From Candidatus Multivoradales bacterium (GTDB lineage: Bacteria > Acidobacteriota > Thermoanaerobaculia > Multivoradales > J023), in the NCBI GenBank assembly GCA_965248925.1, contig CBDFLE010000006.1, positions 4,288,001 to 4,352,000 of the forward strand: a DNA stretch of 64,000 bases, in the 5' to 3' direction. Positions 18,148 through 27,228 of this stretch are shown in pieces. Under the pieces are notes generated by a model. The model saw only the letters and a program-made list of their open reading frames with translations, was not told where the DNA came from and made no database searches. The position numbers and the translations under genes were made by a program. Within the stretch, counting starts at the first letter, position 1, and the number at the start of each line of letters is the position of its first letter.

Positions 18148-20678
18148 CCAGAACTCCTGACATACCCTTTTTCTCAAATGTCCGGTTGAGCCTCTCCGGA
18201 GGTGTTCCGAGGCCCTGGGAAGGCCAGGCTCCGGGGTGGCGCCTTCTTGATCGCGAACCGCATCCGTAGCTCGGTGCCGGGGAAGTGGGTGGCGGTAGCG
18301 TTGAGTTCTTCGCAGACGGCGGCGATCGCCGCCGTCTTGTGGGGAGAGCTGAGCGGGTCGATGGAAAGGAGCAGCACGGTGTCGGTAACCTCCATATCGC
18401 CGCCGGCCGCGAAAGCGCTTTGGATCAGGGTGCGTCCCTCCTGCTCGGTGCGGCGGTAGTGGGGTGATAGGAGCCGGAGAAGATCACCTTCGGCCTGGTA
18501 GGCGACCATCTTGAGAATATCGGTGAGGTGCTTGCGCTCGACGGACAGCTTGATGACATCCGCTTCGACGACCTCTTGGACGGGGACGCGGACGGGGAGG
18601 GTCGCGCGCTGGTTCTCGAGTTCGGTGATCTGCTCTATCGCTGCCCGGACCCTGGCGGAGATGGCGGCGTTGGCGATCTTGAATCCGCGCATCGTGCGCC
18701 GCCGATCCTCGCGGTTTTCAAGAGCAGCGATCCCGATGTGGGCCCGGAGCTGCTCGAGATGTGCGTGAGCTTTGCGCAGCTCTGCATTGATCTTGCCGCG
18801 CTCGGGATTCGGCACATCGCGGGCAGCGTCCGCTGGCTCGGTGCCATAGTCCACCAGGGCATCGAGTGCGAATTCTTCGCGCAGGTATTTGAAGAAGTTC
18901 TCTTGCCTCCAACGATCGAACATGCGGTAGGCGACCTCGAGTGTGGAGAGGTCGCGGCGGGAGGTGATGATGGACGTCTGGTGGCCGTTGTCGCAGAGGC
19001 GGGTGACCTGGCGCAGGTACAGCCGCTTGCGCTTCTTCCTCGGGCCATACTCGAGGTAGATACGCTGATCGGCGAGGAGGTACTCGAGCTTCCGCCCGTG
19101 GATCGTGTCCTTGATCTGCCCGAACTTGCTCAACGGCACCGGACGAAAGGGGGCCTTTCGGTATGTGAGGATGTCGAACTTCTTGGCGATGAGCTTCGCA
19201 AACAGCTTCGGGCTCCAACCCCCACGGTCGAAGACGACGGTGACTCGCCGGTCTCCGAGTAGCTTTCGTACCTCTTCGAGAATGAGGGGAAGCATCGTCG
19301 CAAGCCCCTTGTTGGCCTCGGTGGGGACCACGAAGAGAGGCTCGCTCTCAGCATCGTTGACCCAGTAGTCGGTGGTGGCCGGCATCGCGATCCGCATCCG
19401 CGCTACGTGTGTCTTGGGAATCTCTCGGCCACCGTGGTAGGCGCGCACATGCCCGTCCACGTAGAGGAAGCCCATGGCATGGCCCCTGGTGGCGACCCGG
19501 CGCTGAGCGAGGGCGCGACCGAGATCCGCGGCCAGGCCATGCGCGGCCAGCCGAGCGAGCTTGTTGCGCAAGGTTTTCACTTCCGGCGCTCGGTCGAGCC
19601 CGAGAAGCTGACCCAAATGCCGGGGTGAGCGCTCCTTGAGCCCTTCGGGTCGCTTGACCCGCAACAGTGCCATCAGCAGCAGGGTTACCAGAGTGGTGCG
19701 CAGCCCATAGAAGGCCGGCCCGATGCTGCCGTACAGCTCCTGCGCGATGGAGAGCACGCCGCTGTCCACCAGGGCGGGAATCGCCAGCAGAGCACCGGCG
19801 CCCGGTAGCTGGGTCGCCGCTCCGAAGATCGGCGCCGCATCATCGAGGAATCCCAGCCTCGCCAGCAGCCGATCGCTGGCGCGATCCGCTGGATCGAGGT
19901 CCAGCGAGAGGGGAACCTGATCTTGCTCGGACGCAGAAGCGGACAGTTTTGGGTCCGCAGCCGCTGGGTCACCGCCACCCTCAGCGTCGAGCGCAAGATC
20001 CGCAGTTTTCAGGGGGCCGTCGACCTGCTGCTCATCAGAGCCGGACAGTTTTGGGTCCGCACTCTCGAAGGGCATCGTCATCTGCACTACCGACCGCTCT
20101 TTCCAGCCCAGGCGCTTGGCGAGCTTGCGAACGGCCTTCTCATCGATGCCCAGCCGCCGGCCAATCTCGCGATTCGACACACCCTCGGCCTTCCAGCCGT
20201 TGACCGCGTCCAGGCGGCCCTGCGCTACCCGAGACTGACCCCGGGGAAAACCGCGCGGCCGGCCCAGAGCAGCCAGCCCACCTTCTTCGAAGCGGCGCTG
20301 ATTCCGGCGCACAGTCCGCACATCACAAGCGAACGCAAGGGCCACCTCGCGTTGCTGTGCCCAGCCCAATTCAACGAGACTCACCATCGCGTGGGCCTCG
20401 CCTGTCCTGTCGCCGGCAGCGAAGTGAGCGAGCGGCATGCCGCTGACCACCACCACCCGATAGCCGCCCCTCTGCTGGAGGCGGCAGCGGTCGTTGATCA
20501 CCACAACCCCATCGGGGACCCCGGCGTGGTCTGGGAACAGGACGGTGTGCTCGCTCGTCAGTGCCATGCTCGATCATGCCTCGGCACCGAAAAAAGCGGA
20601 CAGTTTTGGGTCCGCACCACCTCTGAGGGGCGGTCCTGTGTTTTCAGAGGGTTAGGAGGGGTAGGTCAGGAGGTCTGG
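18148..20678 (-). mobile_element. IS element copy 2 (head-to-tail with copy 1)
   Basis: Same IRs at a 2534-bp period; ACT at 20679-81; at least 3 SNPs relative to copy 1. Confidence 0.93.
18174..20567 (-). CDS. DDE transposase with N-terminal HTH (797 aa), copy 2
   Basis: Identical to copy 1 except A/G in PKLS(A/G)SDE. Confidence 0.9.
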   Translation of the reverse strand: MALTSEHTVLFPDHAGVPDGVVVINDRCRLQQRGGYRVVVVSGMPLAHFAAGDRTGEAHAMVSLVELGWAQQREVALAFACDVRTVRRNQRRFEEGGLAALGRPRGFPRGQSRVAQGRLDAVNGWKAEGVSNREIGRRLGIDEKAVRKLAKRLGWKERSVVQMTMPFESADPKLSGSDEQQVDGPLKTADLALDAEGGGDPAAADPKLSASASEQDQVPLSLDLDPADRASDRLLARLGFLDDAAPIFGAATQLPGAGALLAIPALVDSGVLSIAQELYGSIGPAFYGLRTTLVTLLLMALLRVKRPEGLKERSPRHLGQLLGLDRAPEVKTLRNKLARLAAHGLAADLGRALAQRRVATRGHAMGFLYVDGHVRAYHGGREIPKTHVARMRIAMPATTDYWVNDAESEPLFVVPTEANKGLATMLPLILEEVRKLLGDRRVTVVFDRGGWSPKLFAKLIAKKFDILTYRKAPFRPVPLSKFGQIKDTIHGRKLEYLLADQRIYLEYGPRKKRKRLYLRQVTRLCDNGHQTSIITSRRDLSTLEVAYRMFDRWRQENFFKYLREEFALDALVDYGTEPADAARDVPNPERGKINAELRKAHAHLEQLRAHIGIAALENREDRRRTMRGFKIANAAISARVRAAIEQITELENQRATLPVRVPVQEVVEADVIKLSVERKHLTDILKMVAYQAEGDLLRLLSPHYRRTEQEGRTLIQSAFAAGGDMEVTDTVLLLSIDPLSSPHKTAAIAAVCEELNATATHFPGTELRMRFAIKKAPPRSLAFPGPRNTSGEAQPDI

Positions 20679-21539
20679 ACTCTGCACCAGCTCGATCTTC
20701 GCCATCGTGCCGACCCGTACTTGGATGGTATTCGAGCGGTGCAATTCGCCAGCTAAGTCTAGACTTTCCTTGGCGACCCCGAGCTGCTCGCGTGCCGCCA
20801 CTAAGCCCCAATAGGCGTTGGCCACCCGCTGCAACACCTCTTCGACGCGCAGTTGAAACTGCTGCCGGCTGATGGCCGAATCGGTGCGCGCGATCAACAG
20901 CCGGCGGGCGGTGGTCGAGCGACCCAGGCCGCGCAACAAAGGCTGGGTCAGGGACAGGCTGGCTCTGGCGTCGTATCGAGGAATCAGGCTGACGGCCAGA
21001 TTGTTGGTCTCGAACTTGCTATCGTTCAAGTTGAAACGCAGATTGGTGCCACTGGGCAATAACAGAGCGGCTCCCAGGCTGGCAGAACTCGACTCATCGG
21101 TCAGCGGTGCCCCGCCAGTGTTCTCCAAAGTACTGGTGGGAGGCTGGGTCGAATCAATGGCTCGCAGACCGGAATTGAGCACCACATCGAAGATCCCCTG
21201 CTCTTCGATGATGCCGAGGCGGGTCTCACGATCTAGCAGGCGCTCGATACGCAGTCGCAAGCTGCTGCTCAGGGCGATTTCAAAGGCCTGTTCCAGAGCA
21301 AGCTCGGTGACGCCAGCTGCGCTGACCTGCAACTCAGGCAAGTGTGCCTGAGCCAGAGAGTTGGGTTGCGGCGCGAGGCAGGTCAGTAGTAGTCCAATGA
21401 TCAGTACGGCGAGGCGCTGCATGCTGGGCTCTCCTTAGATTTCTGGCCGGGAATTTGGTGTTGCTATTTCTTGGACGAGAAGTCGTATGCGGAAGTTGCA
21501 CTATTTCACTGATCGCAGTTGGAATAGTGAGTAGATCGA

Positions 21540-23426
21540 CTATCGGTCGCTGTTGGCGCCGGGTAGAACTAGCCACAGCAACGCCAAGGGCAACACATGC
21601 GTACCGTGGCGCCACAGTATTTGGCTAGTCCGGTCGGCCGCTGGCGGGTGCCACAGATAGGCGGCTAGAGAGAGGATCAGATAGGCGGCGGCAGCGATCA
21701 GCAAGAGATCGGCGTGGCACCTTCCTCGGCGGCGCCAGAGACGCCAGATCAGCACTTGCAAGACGATCAGCCAGATCACTGCCGAGCCCGGTGAGATCAA
21801 CAGCTGAACGGCCGCCACTAGGACCGTGGTCGGTGAGCCGGAAAGCTGCTCGCCGAGGCCGCTTCTGCTGGCCTCGGTGAGTCGCAGCAACCAGCCAGGA
21901 CCCGCGGCGATTCCAACCCAGAGCCCCAGAACAGCGAGGTTGCGGGGCGATCGTGTGTTGCGATCGGCGGTGCCGAACAGAGCCAGCGCCAGGGCCGCCG
22001 CCAGCGCGATGCCAGCGTCGGCGAGAGTTGGCAGCAAACCGAGGCTCAGGGCGCTCAGGGCCAGATCGCCAGCTCTGCGCCGCCGCCGCCAGCGCAGCGC
22101 CGCCAGCGCTGAAATTGCTGCCAGGGTACTCAGCATGGGGTCGACGACGACTCTGCCAGCCAAGGTCCAGAGGTGGCTTAGCGAAGCGAGCGTTGCCACC
22201 GTCATCCATATCAGGGGTTGGCTGCCGCGGTGCTCGGCCACAGTGGCGGCTACCAGCACTAACAGGCCTACCCAGCTGAGTAGCGGCAGCACACCGAGCA
22301 GGCGTTCGTCGGCTTGGCCGAGCCAACCCGAGATCCAGGCCTCGGCCAGGGGCAGGCCGAGGGCGTTGCCAAACTCGACGGCACCGTCGCCCAGGCGACC
22401 CAGGCGAAAGATAGAGCGCCCGACCACGCCCCACTGGGCCCAGCTCTCCATGCTCAGCCACGGGCGACCGAGGGCGAGCAGCGCCACCAGGGCGAGGTGG
22501 AGCAGGGTCACCAGGGCGAGGCCGCCAATCAGCGCTCGCCGTGGCCAACCGCCTGCTCCGTTGGCTGCTGCTGTGGCGGACCCGAGCTGGTGAATCTCCC
22601 TCTGGGTTGCCGAGTCACGATAGCTGAGCAGCGTGAGGGCGGCGGTAGCCAGCGCGAACAGCGGCACTTGCAGATCGAGCGACATGCCACCGCGACTGAG
22701 CAACAACATCGCCCAGCTCAGCTCGGCGCAGCCCAGTGGCCAGGCCGTCGCCCAATGCCGCAAGCCGCCGGCACTGGCTTGTAGCAGCCTCAGGGTGGCG
22801 TTGCCCAGCAGCAGGGGGATGGCCAGCGCGGCGAGCAAGAAAAATGGCCACAGGGGCCTGGGCGGCCGGGGTGATCCCGAGGGACCGACGATCCGCAGCT
22901 CCCCCGCCAGAGGTACCAAGGTGCCGCCGACCAGGCGCACCGCGATGCTGGAACTGAACCGCGGTGCCGGATCGATGCTCAGCAGATGACTACAGCCCAG
23001 CTGCCGCGCTTGATCGATGGCCCTCAGCTCGAAAGCCAGCTGCTCGGTAGGGGAGTGGCGGGGGGCACCGGTGGCGACCGTGGCGAGCGCGCGGACGGGT
23101 CGCGGCGCTAGGGCGTAGCGCGCGCGCTGTAGTAAGGCGTCATCCAGGTCGGGGTCCCAAGCGGCGGTGATCAGCAACACCTCGGCATCGATCGGCAGGC
23201 GGGCGGCAGCGGCCCAGAACAGCTGATGGGGGGTATCGATGGCAGCTTCCAGCTGGGCCGCCGGGTCATGCCAAAGCCGCGCCAGCCGCAGCGCCGGAGC
23301 GAGTTCGGGCTCTAGCAGACGCGGTAGATGCAGCAAGGAGGAGAGCAACATCACCGCCAGCGCAGCCCAAGTAACATGGTTGGAGCTGAGTTGGCGCAGC
23401 AGGCTGGGGCTACTCATTGTCGCCAC
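21540..23426 (-). CDS. Polytopic membrane protein, possibly GT-C/PMT-like glycosyltransferase
   Basis: More than 10 hydrophobic segments; family assignment is weak. Confidence 0.55.
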   Translation of the reverse strand: MATMSSPSLLRQLSSNHVTWAALAVMLLSSLLHLPRLLEPELAPALRLARLWHDPAAQLEAAIDTPHQLFWAAAARLPIDAEVLLITAAWDPDLDDALLQRARYALAPRPVRALATVATGAPRHSPTEQLAFELRAIDQARQLGCSHLLSIDPAPRFSSSIAVRLVGGTLVPLAGELRIVGPSGSPRPPRPLWPFFLLAALAIPLLLGNATLRLLQASAGGLRHWATAWPLGCAELSWAMLLLSRGGMSLDLQVPLFALATAALTLLSYRDSATQREIHQLGSATAAANGAGGWPRRALIGGLALVTLLHLALVALLALGRPWLSMESWAQWGVVGRSIFRLGRLGDGAVEFGNALGLPLAEAWISGWLGQADERLLGVLPLLSWVGLLVLVAATVAEHRGSQPLIWMTVATLASLSHLWTLAGRVVVDPMLSTLAAISALAALRWRRRRRAGDLALSALSLGLLPTLADAGIALAAALALALFGTADRNTRSPRNLAVLGLWVGIAAGPGWLLRLTEASRSGLGEQLSGSPTTVLVAAVQLLISPGSAVIWLIVLQVLIWRLWRRRGRCHADLLLIAAAAYLILSLAAYLWHPPAADRTSQILWRHGTHVLPLALLWLVLPGANSDR

Positions 23427-23663
23427 CCCTTGACCCGGTACCTTGACTCGGAGTTGCTTTCGATCGCTTTGTCTGTACAGGGGCTCATCTGGAGACCGGC
23501 GGTAGGTCTGTACTGAAGAATGAAGGTGGTGAGTCTAGCTGATCAGACCCTGGCTGCCCACGGTGCCGGCGAGCTAGATCGGGCTTCTTCGCTAAAGCTC
23601 GGTTGAGTTGGCAGCGGGTTGATAGCATCGCCGCTCGGCAGCTGTCTAACCCAGGAGATTTCC

Positions 23664-25391
23664 ATGACTGATCGCCATCCCCGTCGCCCGATGCCTCGTG
23701 TTACGACCTTCGCGTTGCTGGTCCTTGGTTGCTTGCTCTTCGCTTGTGCGGGTGAGTCGCCGGCGCCCCGGGAAACAGCTGAGCTGGTGCTGCGAGGCGG
23801 CAGGATCGTCACCCTTGATCCGCAGGGTGCAGAAGTCGAAGCCTTGGCGGCGCGTGGAGGACGGCTGGTGGCGGTGGGTTCGCGGCAGCAGATCGATGCC
23901 TTGATCGGACCGTCCACGCGGGTGATCGAGCTTGCTCCGGGGCAACTCGCCATTCCTGGGCTGATCGAAGGGCACGGCCATTTTCTCGGCATCGGTGACG
24001 CCAAGATCCAGCTCGACCTGCGCTCGGCGGATTCCTGGGCGGCAGTCATCGACCAGGTGCGACTGGCGGCCGCGGAGGTTGACGACGGTGTGTGGATCCG
24101 CGGTCGTGGTTGGCACCAGGACAAATGGCGAGCCGCGCCTGAGCAGACCGTGGCCGGTTTTCCGTTGCACGACGCCTTGTCGGCAGTGTCGCCTGAGAAC
24201 CCGGTGCTGCTGACCCATGCTTCGGGCCACGCCCTGCTGGCCAACGCTCGGGCGATGGCCTTGGCGGGCATTACCGCCGACACTCCGGACCCGCCGGGAG
24301 GGGCGATCATGCATGATTCTGGCGGTCGTCCAACCGGCTTGTTCAACGAGGGGGCGCAAGATCTAATTCACATCGCTCGCAGTAGTGATAGCGCGGCCAC
24401 AAGCGCTGAGGACCAGCGTCGTATCGAGCTGGCGTCGGCCGAGTGTTTGCGCAAGGGGATCACCAGCTTTCACGATGCCGGGACGCCGTTCGCCGCTCTC
24501 GGCGCTTTGCGGCGGGCGGCGGCGGACCAGGCTCTGGGAGTTCGCCTGTGGGTGATGATCCGCGATTCGGTGGCCAATTTAGAGCAGCACCTAGCCGCCG
24601 CCAAAACCTCAGGCGAATACCTCACCATCGGCGGTATCAAGCTGTCGATTGATGGCGCTCTGGGATCGCGCGGTGCATGGTTGCTAGAGCCTTACAGCGA
24701 CCGGCCGGACACCAGCGGTCACAATCTAGTGTCGCTCCAAGACGCTCGGCGTACCGCTGAGCTGGCTTGGCAGCACGGCTACCAGTTGGGCATCCACGCC
24801 ATCGGTGATCGTGGTAACCGCGAAGTGCTCGACATGTACGAGGACTTCTTTGCCGACCAAACCGAGACCGCCGATCATCGTTGGCGCATTGAGCACGCCC
24901 AGCACCTGCATCCCGAAGACATTCCCCGCTTTGCTGCTTTGGGAGTGACCGCCGCTTTTCAGGGCATTCATTGCACGTCCGACGGCCCCTGGGTACCGCG
25001 GCGCATCGGCGATCAGCGAGCCGCCCAGGGGGCCTACATGTGGCGCGCCCTGTGGGACTCGGGAGCCTTGTTGATCAACGGCACCGACGCACCGGTCGAG
25101 GACGTCGACCCGCTAGCCTCCTTCCGCGCCACGGTCAGTCGGCGGATGAACAATGGCGAGGTGTTCTTCGGCGCCCAGGTGTTGAGTCGGGAAGAGGCCC
25201 TGGCCACCTACACCAAGAACGCTGCCCGCGCGGTCTTCGAAGAAGCCGACAAAGGTACTTTGGAAGTCGGCAAGCTGGCCGATATTACGGTGCTGTCACA
25301 AGACTTGCTGAGCGTTCCTGAAGAGCAGCTGGCCGATACCCAGGTGCTCTTCACCATCGTCGGCGGCAAAATGGCGTATTCGCAGGAGTGA
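23664..25391 (+). CDS. Amidohydrolase 3 (YtcJ-like), probable lipoprotein
   Basis: LFAC lipobox-like, PGLIEGHGH, DGALGSRGA, IHAIGD, IEHAQ, GTDAPVE, GKLAD. Confidence 0.92.
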   Translation: MTDRHPRRPMPRVTTFALLVLGCLLFACAGESPAPRETAELVLRGGRIVTLDPQGAEVEALAARGGRLVAVGSRQQIDALIGPSTRVIELAPGQLAIPGLIEGHGHFLGIGDAKIQLDLRSADSWAAVIDQVRLAAAEVDDGVWIRGRGWHQDKWRAAPEQTVAGFPLHDALSAVSPENPVLLTHASGHALLANARAMALAGITADTPDPPGGAIMHDSGGRPTGLFNEGAQDLIHIARSSDSAATSAEDQRRIELASAECLRKGITSFHDAGTPFAALGALRRAAADQALGVRLWVMIRDSVANLEQHLAAAKTSGEYLTIGGIKLSIDGALGSRGAWLLEPYSDRPDTSGHNLVSLQDARRTAELAWQHGYQLGIHAIGDRGNREVLDMYEDFFADQTETADHRWRIEHAQHLHPEDIPRFAALGVTAAFQGIHCTSDGPWVPRRIGDQRAAQGAYMWRALWDSGALLINGTDAPVEDVDPLASFRATVSRRMNNGEVFFGAQVLSREEALATYTKNAARAVFEEADKGTLEVGKLADITVLSQDLLSVPEEQLADTQVLFTIVGGKMAYSQE

Positions 25392-25559
25392 TGGAGTCGA
25401 AGGTTTTTCGGTCCACTAAGAACTCGCGCCTGACCAGGCTGACTCATCCCTCGACTCAGAACATCGGCGTAGAGTCCGCCGAAGAACCGCTGGCCAAGGT
25501 GAGATGGACTTGTCAGTGGCCAGTTGCCTACCCGGCCGCGAGTAGGACAAGCAGTGCCC

Positions 25560-26336
25560 TCAGCCCAGCAGCTGTCTGACTCTGCCGCGGCGGTAGGCGC
25601 GGCTGATGATCAGCCGGCAGCCGTCGTCGAGTTCGACCACCGACTCGGTGCCGAATCCCGGTCGGATGCGGCGGATGCGGTCGATATTGATCATCGTCGA
25701 ACGGTGGATGCGCAGGAAGCGCTGCGGGTCGAGCTTGGCTTCGATGGTGGTCATGGTGGAGCGCATGCGGTGGCACTTTTGGCCGACGTGCAGCTTGACG
25801 TAATTGCGGGCCGCTTCGATCCAGTCGATTTCCTCGACTCTGACGAAGGTCGCGCTGGAGCCCTTGCGCACCACCAAGCGCTCGGCGAAGGTCGGGCCAG
25901 GGTCTTCTTTCGGCTCAGCGGCTAACGCGAGCAAGCCATCGAGCCGTTCTTCGAGTTCGTGCAGACGGCGTTGGCGGTGGTGAGCGAGGGCCTTGTCGAC
26001 GGCGCGATCAAAGCGCTGACGGTCGAAGGGTTTGAGCAAGTAATCGACCGCGTCCCACTCGAAAGCGTCCGCCGCGTGTTCGGCAGCGTTGGTGATGAAA
26101 ATGATGTCCGGCCGGGTCCCGCCATTGAGCTTCTCGAGCACCTCGAAGCCTCCCAAGTCGGGCATCTGGATACCGAGGAACACCAAGTCCGGAGAATACT
26201 CGCGAATTGCCGCCAAGGCTTCCAGGCCATTGCGGCATTCCGCGCGGATGTGGATTTGCCGGCGATGGGTGAGCAAATCCCGCATCTGTTCGCGGACCAG
26301 TGGCTCTTCGTCGACGATGATGGTCTGCAGGGTCAT
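25560..26336 (-). CDS. LytTR-family response regulator with atypical receiver
   Basis: VDYLLKPF, IDWIEA..NYV.LH, FLRIHRS; phospho-acceptor position reads LVFLGIQMP. Confidence 0.9.
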   Translation of the reverse strand: MTLQTIIVDEEPLVREQMRDLLTHRRQIHIRAECRNGLEALAAIREYSPDLVFLGIQMPDLGGFEVLEKLNGGTRPDIIFITNAAEHAADAFEWDAVDYLLKPFDRQRFDRAVDKALAHHRQRRLHELEERLDGLLALAAEPKEDPGPTFAERLVVRKGSSATFVRVEEIDWIEAARNYVKLHVGQKCHRMRSTMTTIEAKLDPQRFLRIHRSTMINIDRIRRIRPGFGTESVVELDDGCRLIISRAYRRGRVRQLLG

Positions 26337-26649
26337 GGTGAAGTACCTCCGAGGTAATCCCTGTGGACACTTGGGCCAGGGGAAGGGTCTCGCAGCTTGA
26401 GCAGACGACGGGGCAAATGTTGTCGTCGCGGTGAGCCTCCCCCCCGAGGTGTATACGGTGAGAATCGGCCTGAGTTACAGTGAATCTACGCAGTGGATCT
26501 GTGCGGCGGATCCATTAGAGTCGTGCCCTAAAGTCTGCGCCGCGACTATTGGTGACAATGTGTCGACTCGGTTTCGCTTGAGGGAAGCTCTGGATCAATA
26601 GTGGCCTCCACCGACCTTAGCGGAATGGGAAGTCCTAGAGGAGAGTCCG

Positions 26650-27228
26650 TTGAGTGATGCCAATGATGTTGACCGAGGCGCGGTGACTGTGCTGCTGATG
26701 GCTTGGCGAGACGGTGACGAGCAAGCCAGGGACCGGCTGGTGCAGGTGGTCTATGACGAACTCCACCGTTTGGCCCACCACTATCGGGCGGGAGAGGGGT
26801 CGAAAGGCTCCTTGCAAACCACCGAGCTTGTTCACGAAGCCTACCTGCGGCTGGTCGACTCGCGCGTTGACTGGCGCGGGCGCCGACATTTTTTTGGCAT
26901 TGCCGCTCGGTCGATGCGCCAGATCTTGGTGGATCGGGCGCGGCGGGCAAGGGCCGCGAAGCGGGGTGGCGGGGAAGCGGACTTGCCTCTTCTCGAACCT
27001 GATCTGGCGCGATTTCCCGCTCGCGATTTGGTCGATCTCGACGATGCCCTGGCGGGGCTGGCGGTGGTCGACAAACGCAAAGCCAAAGTGGTCGATCTGC
27101 ACTACTTCGCTGGCCTGACCATCCCCGAAACCGCTCGCCTGATGGCGCTCTCTACCGCCACGGTCGAGCGCGACCTGCGCGTTGCCAAGGCCTGGTTGGC
27201 GCAGGAGATGGGGGCCGATGGAAACTGA
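26650..27228 (+). CDS. ECF sigma factor (ECF43/TIGR02999-like, kinase-associated)
   Basis: VYDELHRLA...LQTTELVHEAYLRL...MRQILVD.AR...KRGG. Confidence 0.92.
   Translation: MSDANDVDRGAVTVLLMAWRDGDEQARDRLVQVVYDELHRLAHHYRAGEGSKGSLQTTELVHEAYLRLVDSRVDWRGRRHFFGIAARSMRQILVDRARRARAAKRGGGEADLPLLEPDLARFPARDLVDLDDALAGLAVVDKRKAKVVDLHYFAGLTIPETARLMALSTATVERDLRVAKAWLAQEMGADGN

Larger units (their letters stand above)
14780..21422 (-). pseudogene. TolC-family outer membrane protein gene interrupted by a tandem IS dimer
   Basis: N-part 20679-21422 ends ...VGTMAKIELVQS and C-part 14780-15610 begins QAGVAQRE. Removing the IS copies and duplicated ACT rejoins them in frame (~524 aa). OEP motifs include LTQPLLRG and YENGLSS. 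Confidence 0.9.

Noticed and set aside
15614-20678. Composite transposon
   Set aside because: Only 3 bp separate the two IS copies, so there is no cargo
14780-21422. Two independent TolC-like genes (287 and 256 aa)
   Set aside because: They are halves of one gene; their apparent start and stop lie within the IS ends
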